From: Octopus vulgaris
Taxonomy: Eukaryota
Direction: 5' to 3'
NCBI GenBank assembly: GCA_951406725.2
Contig: OX597820.1
Coordinates: 93,620,001 to 93,684,000 of the forward strand
DNA length: 64,000 nt
Part shown: positions 14,412-26,651 of the stretch, piece by piece
How the letters are laid out: every line of letters begins with the position of its first letter
How positions within the stretch are numbered: the first letter of the stretch is position 1
Notes under the pieces: generated by a model
The model's database searches: none
The model's input: the letters and a program-made list of their open reading frames with translations, nothing else
Told to the model about the DNA's origin: nothing
Program-made: the position numbers and the translations under genes

Positions 14412-14628
14412 TCCTTTAGCAATCAGATTACTGTTAAAATGTAATGCTTATTTATTCACACCATTTTGAATTAATCATGCATTATCTTGTAGCTTTGAGA
14501 TTTTGAGGATGTGACTATTTTTTTAGAAAGACATTGCCGAGTAGGTGTGAAAGGCTGGATCTGGTTGCTTTGAACATAAAACAGGTAGAATATTTCGGTC
14601 TGATATGGCTGGTTTAAATACTAAAGGA
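14412..14628. mobile_element. piggyBac-type MITE, family 2
   Basis: TTAA TSD and TCCTTTAG/CTAAAGGA termini. Homologous to 16931-17153. Confidence 0.75.
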
Positions 14629-14972
14629 TTAAATATATCCAAGCCAGGTGCAGTCTTCTGGCTTGCCAGTTCCTGTCAAATGGTCCGACTTATGCTGGCA
14701 TGGAAAACAGACATTAAATGATGATGATGATTATGATGATTTCTGTGATGGGATTGGAAGAAATTTTTAGAGCTTAGATATGATCCTTTATGTCCCGAAT
14801 TCAAATTCTGTTGTTTAGCTTTGCTGTTTGTCCTTCCAAGATCAATAAACTACAATACCAATCAAGCACTGAAGGGATGGTGGAATCAATATAACCGACT
14901 TAACCTTATTCCCTCCAATTGAGACCTTTTGTCTATATTAGAAATAGTTATTATGAAGATAATAGTTTGAAC

Positions 14973-15294
14973 CAATGGTTCTCAATCAGAGGCCATATGA
15001 CTTCTGGGTGTCCATGCAAGCAAAAAGTAAACTGCCCCTCCCCCCACCCAGTAGTATATTAAAGCTCCATGGAAACATTCTGCTTTAAATGTATTTATAA
15101 CATGGAACAGCTAGATTTCTTTCTCGACAGTTTCACATAGTTCAACCCATAGAAGTTGACGTAAAAAACAAAATAAGAATTTTGAAAGAATTATCCATAA
15201 AACTATATTTTAAACACTGAAAGGTTATGGAGACCCACCAGAATAGAATAGTGGTCAAAGGAGATCCATAGATAAAAAATGGTTGAGAACCATG
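14973..15294. mobile_element. hAT-like MITE
   Basis: Termini TGGTTCTCAA / TTGAGAACCA. A related copy lies at ~62961-63197. Confidence 0.6.
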
Positions 15295-15662
15295 AGTTTA
15301 GCCTGTTTAGTGGCTTAAGGCAGCATGTGTCCGACTGACAAAGTACTAGCCCCATCCATCAAACAAAATGTTGGATCCTTTCTGTTCTCATTATTAATGA
15401 ATAAAGGAAATAAAATTTGCATCCATATAATTCTTCTGTCTTTGCCATGGTGTTTGACAAGTTTAAAAATAATTTAAAACCTTTTAATTTTATTAAACAT
15501 AGTTGCCGGTATAGCTGTGTGGTTAAGAAGTTTGTTTTGCAACAATGTGGTTGTGGGTTCAGTCCCACCTCGTGGTACTTTGGGTGAGTGTCTTCTACTA
15601 CAGCCATGGCTGACCAATGCCTTGTGAGTTAATTTGGTAGATGGAAACTGTGTGGAAACCTG

Positions 15663-15726
<64 letters not shown>

Positions 15727-16396
15727 CTTCACACCATTGCCTGACAACCAGTGTTGGTTTGTTTACATTCCTGTAAAGCAGTTTGGCAAAAGAAACCAAC
15801 AAAATAGGTACCAGACTTCAAAAAAAAAAAAAAACAAGTACTAGGTTCAATTTGTTCACGTAAGCCTTTTAAAGTATTCTCTTAGAATGGACGTTGTCCA
15901 ATGACTGAAACAAGCAAATAGATGTAAAACATGATACCAATTTGTTCACCTTTCGCAATCTTTATAGCTTCCTCCAAGAGAGGGCTGCCTCCCATGAGAT
16001 ACACTGGTTTAAGGGATAAGGAGATTGCTGCAATTTGTTTATAAATAAAGCTTACTAAGGTGAATCTTAGGACAATGGACATATTCTGTAAAAAAGACAT
16101 CCTATGACTATTAGAGACTGAACCATTCAAAATATAGAATAAATAAATATTGTGCACACACATATATATATATATATATACAGACACATACACACACACA
16201 CACTCTGAAAATAACTTTTGTAGGCTGAAAAAAAAATGTTTTTCTGATAGCTAGTGGTAGCATTCATATATTTTGGTGGTCACATCTGTTTTTTCCCATG
16301 ACTTTTCCCAACTTTTATACATCCTGGTTACAGCTATTAATCTTAGCTTTGAACAAAGTATGTATGCTGTCATTCACAGTTTCCTCATCCCTCATT

Positions 16397-16435
<39 letters not shown>

Positions 16436-16930
16436 GTATACACACACATACACACATCTATCTATATAAGGTCATGTATGATATACTAGGAATCACAGGC
16501 AAATTATCTATAAACTAAGAGAGAAACAGGGTGAAAAGGATAGAAAACAGGATTCCTTTTTAAATACAAGACCCTTTGTAAGTATGCTTAGTGTCTCAAA
16601 CTGACAATTTCAGTACCCCACCCTCAACAAGGCTTTATAAAATTATTTAACCCTTGTCACCACTTCCTTAATGATTTCTGATTTAAGTACAAGTCCAGCA
16701 ATTTTGAAGAGAGGGACTAGTTGATACCATGGACCTGAATACTTGACTGGTACTTTATTTCATTGATGCGAAAAATATGAAAAGCCAAGTTGATCTTCAT
16801 AGGATTGTAACTCAGAATGTAAAGAGCAGGAAGAAAAACCACATGGCATTTTATTAATTAGAAACCAATGAGTGTTTGTATTTTTATAATATTTCTTTAT
16901 TATGATACAGGACAAGATTGAAATTGTTAA

Positions 16931-17153
16931 CCTTTTAGCATTCAGATTACTCAGTCAAATGTAATGCTTATTTATTTACATTGTTTTGAATTAATCCTGC
17001 ATTATCTCATAGCTTGGCAATTTTGAAGATATAACAATTGTATATTTTTAGAGTAACACTCTTGGGTAGGTATGAGAGACTGGATCTGGATGGTTTTAAC
17101 ATAAAACAGGTACAATATTTGGGCCAGATATGGCCAGTTTAAATGCTAAAGGG
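16931..17153. mobile_element. piggyBac-type MITE, family 2
   Basis: TTAA TSD and CCTTTTAGCATT/AATGCTAAAGGG termini. Confidence 0.75.
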
Positions 17154-18079
17154 TTAAAACCATATTTTATTAAGTAAGGCAAATTCTGTCCCTTTAAGGT
17201 AACACTCCAGAAAAATCATTTGGCTAATTGATAATACTTCATTCACCTATATACTGCAACTATTACAACAGATATCATTGCTTTGGTGTCAATATATTAT
17301 TTTTACATGATTTTGTGGAGGAATTGTAGTACCATGACCCTTTTTAGGGGCTTCTAAAATTGGTGGGAGGAAAGGAGTATGTTACCCTTAGTGAAATCAC
17401 CTAGTCTGAATGCATGCAACAAAATAAATACTACTAAAGGGCTGTGTAGTGGTGATATTAATCTAGGTGGCAGACTGAATATAAATGGCCTTGATTCCTC
17501 TGAATTAGTAAGTTGCATACTAGCTCCATCCAGGAAATACTTGCTGTATCTATCTTGTCTCTTATACCATGTCACCCTTCTAGCTTAAGCCTCACTCTAA
17601 CAACAACAACAAAACCCAATCCTTCTCACCCAGGTCATCAACACAGTATAATATTCCTTCTCTATTCATGTTGACTTGCAGCTAATTAAAGTGAGCCTCA
17701 ACTGTTTTAGAAATAGCAGCTAGATTAACTTCAAATCATATCATAACATCTGAAATAAGACCTACAGGATACTGTAGTCTAAAAGTAAACTACAATTGTT
17801 ACCCAGAAGTGAATATGACTTGGTAATATGTACCATGCTTACACTAATTGTTTTAGGTGCCTATTTCTGTGAATAAACATAGAAACCATCTTGCCCTCCT
17901 CACCCTTGAACTAGCAGAATATTCAGAAAGTGAGAGGGAGCTGCACAGCACTGGGCAGGTACTCATTACAGCTGAGTGGCCTGGAGCATCATGAAATGCC
18001 CAAGTCAAGGGCACAATATGATACCTGCTCTAGGAATTGAACTTAAGGCTTTATAACTATGAACCTCATAAATCTAAAC

Positions 18080-18392
18080 CAGTGGCCCCTAAACTTTTTC
18101 AGGATGCTACCCCCTTGGTAGTCAGGCCACATTCCTAGTGCTTCGCCCCACTCACCACCACAAACATAGACTACTTACTGCAGCAAATTCAAAGCAGTAT
18201 TTCACAAATAAAACTTTACCTAATTAATCCATTATTTTGGGTTTTTTTATAGATCCATTGCCCACTTTTAGCCACCTTGTCATTGCCCACTTTTAGCCAC
18301 CTTGTCATTGCCCGACTTTTCTTCAATGTGCCCTTGGATCTTTCAACCACCCCCAAGGGGTCGTCGTTACTGCTCACTGCTGGGAATCACTG
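18080..18392. mobile_element. hAT (Charlie-like) MITE
   Basis: CAGTGG..CACTG termini, 8-bp TSD ATCTAAAC/TTCTAAAC, and an internal 25-bp tandem duplication. A related 3' half lies at ~62520-62694. Confidence 0.75.
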
Positions 18393-18579
18393 TTCTAAAC
18401 ACTAGAACACATGCTCTCACCATGATGTAGTTCTATATACCCCTAAAATGACAAGAAAAACACAACTGATATGCCTTTAATTATAGATAAAGACCCAAAC
18501 TTGATAGGCAATGTAGAAGCAGAGTATGATTCGATCCTACAAGCTCAATTATTCATTTGTTTATTAACTCAGTATTTTG

Positions 18580-19225
18580 GTGTTTCTTAAACGTAACTTC
18601 TACCCCTTCTTTGCTAGTTCCTGAATGTACCTCATTCAGTTCTTAAAAATACAGCTTGTGCATCAATTCTTAAAACGTATCCCATTAATCGGGTTTTAAA
18701 ATGTACTCCTTCATAAGTTTTTTAAACCGTATCCAATTAATTCACTCTCAAAATGTAACTCTTTAATCAGTTTTTAAAATGTGACAATCTTAACCAATTC
18801 CTAAAATGGAACCCCTCCCTTAATCAGTTGCGAAACTGTATCCATTTTACTTAGTTCTTAAGTGGAACTCTTTCATTAGTTGAGTGTACCCTCTCCTTTT
18901 TTGTTCGTTTTTCAACGTGCACGCTCTTTCTTTAGTTTTTAATGAACACCACTATCTTTCGTTAGTTCTTACACGTTTCTTTCACTTTTCGTTCATTCTT
19001 AAATACACTGTCTACCTTTCATTCGTTACAATATCCCCTTTGCTAGTCGTTAAAACAACTCCTTCGTTAGTTCTTACAGATATTCCCTTTCTTACCTCTT
19101 GCAATATTCACTTTGTTCTTAAATGTAATTCTCTCCTAATTCAGCCTTAAACGTACCCCTATCTTTCGTTCTTAAATACACCCCATTTTTTGTTTTAATT
19201 ATGTTCCTCTTCATTAGTTCTTATA
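18580..19225. repeat. Degenerate ~28-30-bp tandem repeat
   Basis: Recurring (TTA)GTTCTTAAA(A)TGTACCCCT-like units. Confidence 0.7.
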
Positions 19226-19399
19226 AGATTGATGCAGCTGGTGCTCATCCTGAATATCTACAAACATCAGTCTGCAGGAAGGATGAGGGTGAAGATCTAG
19301 TCCGAATATCTGCAGCCGTGTGAACCCTGATAAAGGTGCGATAAAATGTAGTTCTCGTATATATATATATACAAGACCGAACATAAAATCTTAATACCA

Positions 19400-19570
19400 T
19401 GGAACATTGAGCTACCTCTCACAGACATTTAGACGTCAAAGGACTTCCTGTTACGAGATCACGACTATAAAATATCTTGTTTAGTTCGTCGTTTTCCGCT
19501 GCACGATATCTTGTTAAAGTCGTGGTTTCTACTTCACTGGAAATCGAAATTGGACCACCAGGAAAACGGA
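19400..19570 (-). promoter_or_regulatory. CpG-rich promoter-like region at the CpG boundary
   Basis: Abrupt CpG enrichment, ETS-like ACTTCCTG (19443-19450), CRE-like GACGTCA (19432-19438), unique non-repeat sequence. CpG-depleted DNA lies to its left. Confidence 0.4.
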
Positions 19571-20749
19571 CTCTCGTGTTCTCTTGTTCTCTAAATATTC
19601 AGTGTAGTAGTAGTAATGTATTGGTTCACATACATCTCGTGTATTTAAACTTGAGAGATACTTGAAGTTAGTGGTGGTGGTATGGTGGTGTGCGTGCGTG
19701 CGTGATGTGGTGAGGGAATGATCAAGCAACGACCATATTTAGAACATTTTTCTTTTTTTCTTTTTACTATTAAAAATTTTTTTCCCCTTTATTTTTGTTC
19801 CAAAAGCAGGATGGGGAAACAATTATTACTAATTTGGAAAGGCTTACAAATGTCCGTGACCCGAACATTTTTGAGCAATGTAAGAAAATGGTAAATGGGG
19901 AATTAAATTAGCGGAAAACAATTGTTACTCTCCCTATCTCTCTCTATCTCTCTCACACACACACACATTCACATACACACACACACAGTATATGTCTGCG
20001 TTTCTTGGAATTAGCAAAAGGCCAAGTTTGTTAGGAAAGAGTATAAACGAGTGAATTGATCACAATGTGTGTGTGTGTGTGCGCGCGCGCGGTGCGTGCA
20101 CGTTTGTGTGTGTGTGCGTGTGCTTGTGTGTGTGTGTATGTGCGTGCGTGTTTGTGTATGTATGTATGTGGTAGTGCATGACAGATAAGGGACAGAAAAG
20201 TCATTTATTTTAGTTTTTGAATGTGGATTTGTACAGACACTTCTCGTTCGCAAATTTTGTCTTGGGAAAATATGTGCACATTCATGGGAGTAACCGTCGC
20301 TCAGTTTCTCAAAAGTTCGATTCCACCTTGAAAACCTTATGTGTACATCTTTATTTTACCTTTTCTTGTTCGTAAAATATGTGCACACACACAAGCGTGC
20401 AAGTTTGCAGGAACACTAGTCATAAGAAAAGTGTTGTGGTATATTGCAGAAACTAATTGACGTTTAGTTGCGTCTTGTGAACTGAGTTTCGCTTTTCAAA
20501 ATGGGTGTTAAACTTAATTTTGTCTTTCACTTTAGCCATCACCGCCGTGCCCTTGAATATCTTTAACGGAATTTACTTTGCTATAAGCTTCCAGATCAGG
20601 TCTCTGGTTGTGGTTTGCTTTCAAAATATTTATTCGGGGTCAATGAAATATGTATCATTTACGTAGTACAGCAGTCGATTAAACAACCTGTTACAAACCT
20701 GCCCCCAGATCTATGCTATAATTAAAAACAGGTGCTTTGGGACAAATGC

Positions 20750-21060
20750 ATACGTCATTAAGTTATTAGGAGATCAGGGAGACATTTCAAGTTAAGCTGT
20801 TACTTCTCCGCATTGAGAGATCACAGCCTAGAGAATTACGAATACGTGATTAAAATGTTGCAGACGAGAATCGTAAGATGAGCTAACCGGAAGAACACCT
20901 AGGGGTAGACCACGGACGAGATGGTCAGATAATATACATATTCTCAGTTGATCACGCTTGGAATTCCAGTAGGAAAGTGCAATGACGGTTGCTTCTGATA
21001 GGACCCGATGGAAGCGTTGCTCGAGGGTTCTACTCCAATGATCCTCACAAGAATTTGAGG
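20750..21060 (+). mobile_element. Decayed RTE LINE 3' fragment
   Basis: LLLLRIERSQ and PRGRPRTRWSDNI motifs interrupted by frameshifts. Confidence 0.65.
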
Positions 21061-23899
21061 GTGGAAAAGGTGGATAGACAGATTAAGATACGGACAGTTT
21101 CAGCGTATTGGACATTGAAAATAAAGGTAGTAAAGTATCAATGACCAAGCATTAGATGTACAAGGAAAGATTTTGATACTTAACGACGTATGTGATTGTC
21201 ATAAAATCGTGTCTCAAAAATGTGTTTTATAGCTGTTAAGCTTTAAACAAAGAATCAGTTGTTTTTGTATCAACAAATGATCTAAGATCAAATTCTTTTG
21301 CCAAACAAGTTCAACTAAAGAATTTTTATTTCATTGATAGCAAACACAAACAAGAACCCCCCCCACCTGAACAGGAACTGAAGGCTGAAATATTCTTAAA
21401 TTTAATTAAACAAACATGCCAACAAATGAATGTATTTCACATGTAGAATACACGGTGAGCACCTTATATAGTTGACGAGTTATTTCCTCTCGTGTTGGGT
21501 TGGTTTCACAACAGAAGCCACGTACGGACTTATATACATAAAATATACTGTACAAATAATATAATACATACACACACACACACAGAGGCATACATATATA
21601 ATACATACGTATATACTCACTCGCCAACACACCTACAAAACATCGTCCGTAAAAACAACTCAGCTGCCAAAAGATCTATGTGCGTGTATGCACATACATA
21701 GACGTATATATACAATTATACACTGACATGAACAGACATACAATCAAACAATCACACATATACACAAGAAAATGGAGACGCTCCTAGTGAGGTTTGCACA
21801 AAACCCATAGAATACTTTATCAGAACAGATCAAACAATCAATCGATATTTTTGATGATCGAACTTAGAAGCGAGGTTCACTCAGCTTTCCTCCCTCGCTA
21901 TCTTTAAAACAGTCTCACACACCTAAATACGTACATACATAAACATGCATATACATATATATATACATACATAAACATGCATATACATATATATATATAC
22001 ACATACATACATACACACATGCATAAACGTATACGCACATATATACACACGCATACATACATGCGTACATAAACACATACAAAAAAGATGGAGAGGACTT
22101 CTACATCAGTATCATCCCTAACACCATAAGGCCTTCTTTCTCCAACACTTATCCCACAAACAAACATTACATTCTACTATTGATTGCTTTTATCAGAAGA
22201 TACCTCGATTTTTTAACGCTTTATATATATATATATATATATATATAAACCTACTTCTCTGCTATTGATTAATATCTTTATGATAAGAAGATTCTGGAGA
22301 AAAAATAATAAACCTAAGACGTTTATGGTAAGAGGCACTTTGTAGCAGGAATGTGTGAGATTGTACTTGGCTATTTTGTAGTGTGTGTGTGGGGAGTAGT
22401 AGCGCGTACTTCATGTGCGTGTGAACTCTTAAACTGCTTTCACTTCAAAAAATCTTGGTCTAATAAATACATTTGCCTGTAAATATAGAATCAAACTTTC
22501 TAATGTGTGCGTAAAAACAAACAGAAACGAATTTATGCACGTACACTCTCACTTAACTGCGTATCTACACGCACATTACAGGCGCACACAAGATCAATGG
22601 GAGAGAGATGGGCGACAGAGAAAGTCTGCTGTGCACAAGGTACATACCTAAGAGAGAGAAAGAGCGAGAGAGAGGGAGAGGGAATAGTTGAGATCGAGGT
22701 TCGATCGATAAATACATCGATGCGTATTATATAAAAATGAGCCAACAAAACTGACAAAACCGAAACATACACACATTGTTCGATATTTTGTTTCCCCAAC
22801 ACATTCGTCCAGAAGCTTATATTTCAAAATCTTTTATTGACTTGGTCAAAAGATAAAGGTCAACCACTATGACCATTTTTCAGAGCCCCCATAGCTTGGT
22901 GGGAAGAAGGTAGAAAGTTATTCTCGAACCAGAAACCAGACCCTGGGTGCATTTAGTAGACCTGGGCCCCTCCAAAAGACACCCGAGGACCACCAAGTGA
23001 TGGTGTTAAGCCGGGAGATTAAATCTGCAACCCCAAAACATGAACGGTTCTTCTGTCGAGCTTTCAGCTAGTTTTCCTTTACCAAATTTCATTCACAAGA
23101 TTTTAGTCTGATGTGGGAGGAGAAAAAACAAAACAAAAAAACCAAAAAAAAAAAAACGCAAAAATATGTCTAAACTTCTGCGCAGTGAGATTGCTCCTGA
23201 AATCACGCAGTTGCAAAGTGAACTTTTTAACTATACAGCCATGCCTGCTACAAGAACGACAGAAGATCCGTCAATAACAATTCTATTACTCATTGTTTTT
23301 TCCCCTTCCATATTATGGTAATTTGAAGACTATAACACGGTATAAATATGAGGAAGGCCACGATGTTGTTAATGTTGATGATTATAATAATAATAATGGC
23401 AGTGGTAGTAGGAATGATGTAGTGGTTGATTTAAAGAAGCCTAAGTACCTCTCCCACTAATTACAGATGTCAATAAAGGAGCCACTTTGCGGTCGTTCAG
23501 CTCGCTAGAAAGAACAACAAAATCCTCTTAAAAAAGAACACGATAATTTCCCATACGTTGTTAGACAATTTTGGGATTGTTATAACTTCACAAAAGAACT
23601 ATGCCTTGTATAATGTACTCCTATTATGCCAGAATAAAAGGCGTATTGACCACGAGCCAAAGAAAGAGCCTTCTCGTACTCTTACTAGAAATAGCGACCA
23701 AAATCCTTTAAATCATACCTTGTTGCTTTAAATAAAAAAAGATACATTGAACAATGTAATCCATGACATAAAGGCAGAGATGGTCAGGATGGATGGCTTG
23801 TGATCTCAAGTATGCTTTACTCAGGGTTAAACAGCAACCAACAATGTGCAGACTTATCTGTAAATCTACTTACGTAAATGCCTCAGAGAAACTTCAGGT

Positions 23900-24650
23900 C
23901 GCTTGGTTCTTCACACAAATGATTTTAGAAGAACACACAAATGAGTAACTTAGTTCAATTTTTTACTGAAGTTTAGAGTAAGATAGACTTTATTATTGCT
24001 CGGTTGAATTATGAGGAATTGATCATTCACCTTGTTTCTATTTGGTTGACGTTTTTGAGCAACCGAAAAAACTAAATCTTTAGTTACAAGAAAAGAATAC
24101 AAACATAAATTCATCGATTCTTTGAAACATTCCACGAGCAAGCCGAAAAACCGGAAGAGGAAGTTCTGTTCATAAAAGGAAAATGTTATGTTTGCGAAAT
24201 TCTTGCTGGTGAATACCAAATACTTCCTACATTTACAAAAAATGAAGCTTTGTAGTAGTTGATTGTACTTGGAAAATAATTTCAGCTGATATTTTCAGGA
24301 ATTTAGCGATGAAAATTTGAATGTAAGGTGGAACCTACTTAAATCGTCAGTTGAGAATGTTCTTGTTAATTGTCAAGATAAAATTTCTAGAGTTGGTTTG
24401 GATCTGGAGAGAAATCAATATAAGAATTTTGTCCATTGATTTGCCATTTCTACCGAAAATTTAAAAAAAGAGCTATACGTGAATTGTTTCCAAGAGCCAT
24501 TTGCCTAAGATGTCCAATCGAGGCTTGCCGTTCAAGCTAATCAAGTAAAATTAAGAAAACGTGTCACTCTCACTGTTCAGTAGGCTTTATTGAAAGTCTA
24601 AGTTTGTTTATTAAGCATAAGAGGAAAAAAAAACGAACATTGAGAAACTT
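23900..24650 (+). mobile_element. Decayed hAT (Buster/Charlie-like) transposase relic
   Basis: FYLVDVFEQPKKLNL*LQEKNTNI near 24036-24107 matches the LAYLxDIFxxLNxLNLxLQGxxxxI motif of hAT/ZBED5-type transposases. Stops and frameshifts are present. Confidence 0.6.
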
Positions 24651-25820
24651 CTATTCCAGGAGTGTTGCTGGTAATTAAGACAAGAACAGGAGAGAATACC
24701 ACCGTCAGATTGAGATGACTTTATTGACGAAATCGTCTCAATAGGTAATTACCATCTCCGTCAGACCTTTCAAAAGTAACTTCTCAATAAACCAAATTAT
24801 CTATCGAGAAGTCAACTTTATCTTCCATCCTTCCGAGGTCGATAAGATAAAGCACACGTCGAGAACAGAGATATAATTGTCTTATATTGGTGTCACTTAG
24901 GTTTCTTTAAGCTTGAGACTACGAATCTTTTTTGTGTAGGCAACAGCTAAACCGTAGGATTCTTAGTGTGAAAAATCGACCCCGGCTGCTTTTGTCTTTA
25001 GCATTGAAAGACGTCATGATGGAACAGTTTTACATGTCCTTTCATTAGCGGAATATGAGAAGAGTCTGTTAAAGTGCCTGACTCGAATCTGTATTAGTAG
25101 CTATATTTATTTGAATAGCTGGGTATAGAGACGAGGCAAAATGTGAATCTGAGAAAAAGCTGTTGATATTACGTCGATAGAAAGTACAACAGAAAACTGT
25201 ATGTAAAAATCTAACGTTTCGAATTTTACTGTTTGTCCCAGATCGACAAATGGCTAGACAGGGAGACGAGTAGTTGCTGCCAGATAGGCAGACGGAAAGA
25301 CAAAGACGGACACATATACAGATATTCAAACAGACAAACAGACGGATAGATAGATTTAGATTAATATGGTGGGAAAATTGTTGAATGCCATAGCTGACCT
25401 TTTCAAATATATTGACCTCATATCAGTGGACCAGCCTTGTGTGGAGTGACTAACCCAGTTGTTTGTCTAAATATTTTCCTTGTCATCGTCATCGTTGTTG
25501 TCAGTGAGGTTATTTTCAGCATTAAAAAGTGAAAAATAATGAAATGAGGATGAATACTTTCTATTCCGAGTTGTTCAAATTACTGCTGTTGGGAACGATA
25601 TTAAATTCCTGTGATTCTATATAATGATTATAATGTTCGCTGATTTCAGATAATGGGTTGCGGCCATGCTGGGGCCTCGCCTTGATGAGTTTTAATCAAT
25701 TATATTCATCTTAGTATCAAGCTATTCGATAAATAGAGATCGACAAACTATTCTCGCCTGTGATTTATGTCACATTAGGGCTTTACCCATATAAATAAAT
25801 ACAACTGTGCACGCGCATTT

Positions 25821-25860
<40 letters not shown>

Positions 25861-25971
25861 AATACACGACGGGTTTCTCTTGTTTGTCAATGTATTATTC
25901 CAGCTGAAGCATGATAGAAATACTGCGGAGCACTGGGATTGAAACCGGAATCACCTGGTTTCGAACAATGA

Positions 25972-26011
<40 letters not shown>

Positions 26012-26319
26012 AACCTATGGTCAATACGTTTAGCTCTCAAACTCCACCAGGCTGCAATGAGCATCTCTGACAATCATTCGCTCCCACTCCATTTGTTGTT
26101 TTAGTTTCCCCTCTGCCAGCGTGACCAATGTGAAACCCGTTGCACTTCATTATACGTAAAGCGATAAGTAAAGCGTTAAGAAAGCAGAATAAAATTTCAA
26201 ATACAAAAGACAAACTCTAGCTCGTTTCGAATGATTTAGAATGTAAATCTTATAAACTGGAACAAATTCAACAGCTTCAAACGCAGAAGTGTTAATCGCA
26301 AATGTGTGTGTATGTGGAT

Positions 26320-26651
26320 GGAAGCACTCCGTCGGTTACGACGATGAGGGTTCCGGTTGATCCGAATCAACGGAACAGCCTGCTCGTGAAATTAACGTGT
26401 AAGTGGCTGAGCACTCCACAGACACGTGTACCCTTGACGTAGTTCTCGGGGATATTCAGCGTGACACAGAGAGTGACAAGGCCGGCCCTTTGAAATACGG
26501 GTACAAGAGAAACAGGAAGTAAGAGTGAGAGAAAGTTGTGGTGAAGAAGTACAGCAGGGATCACCACCATCCCTGCCGGAGCCTCATGGAGCTTTAGGTG
26601 TGGGAATCGAAACCGCGATCCTACGACCGCGAGTCCGCTGCCCTAACCACT
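26320..26651 (-). mobile_element. tRNA(Arg)-derived SINE of the same family, opposite orientation
   Basis: Reverse complement closely matches 29726-30100. Confidence 0.85.

Noticed and set aside
19228-19331. Possible plus-strand C/D snoRNA (TGATGC..CTGA..GGATGA..CTGA) or plus-strand exon
   Set aside because: The box C is imperfect, no rRNA guide was recognised, the G-U pairing favours the minus strand, and the plus-strand frame hits TGA.
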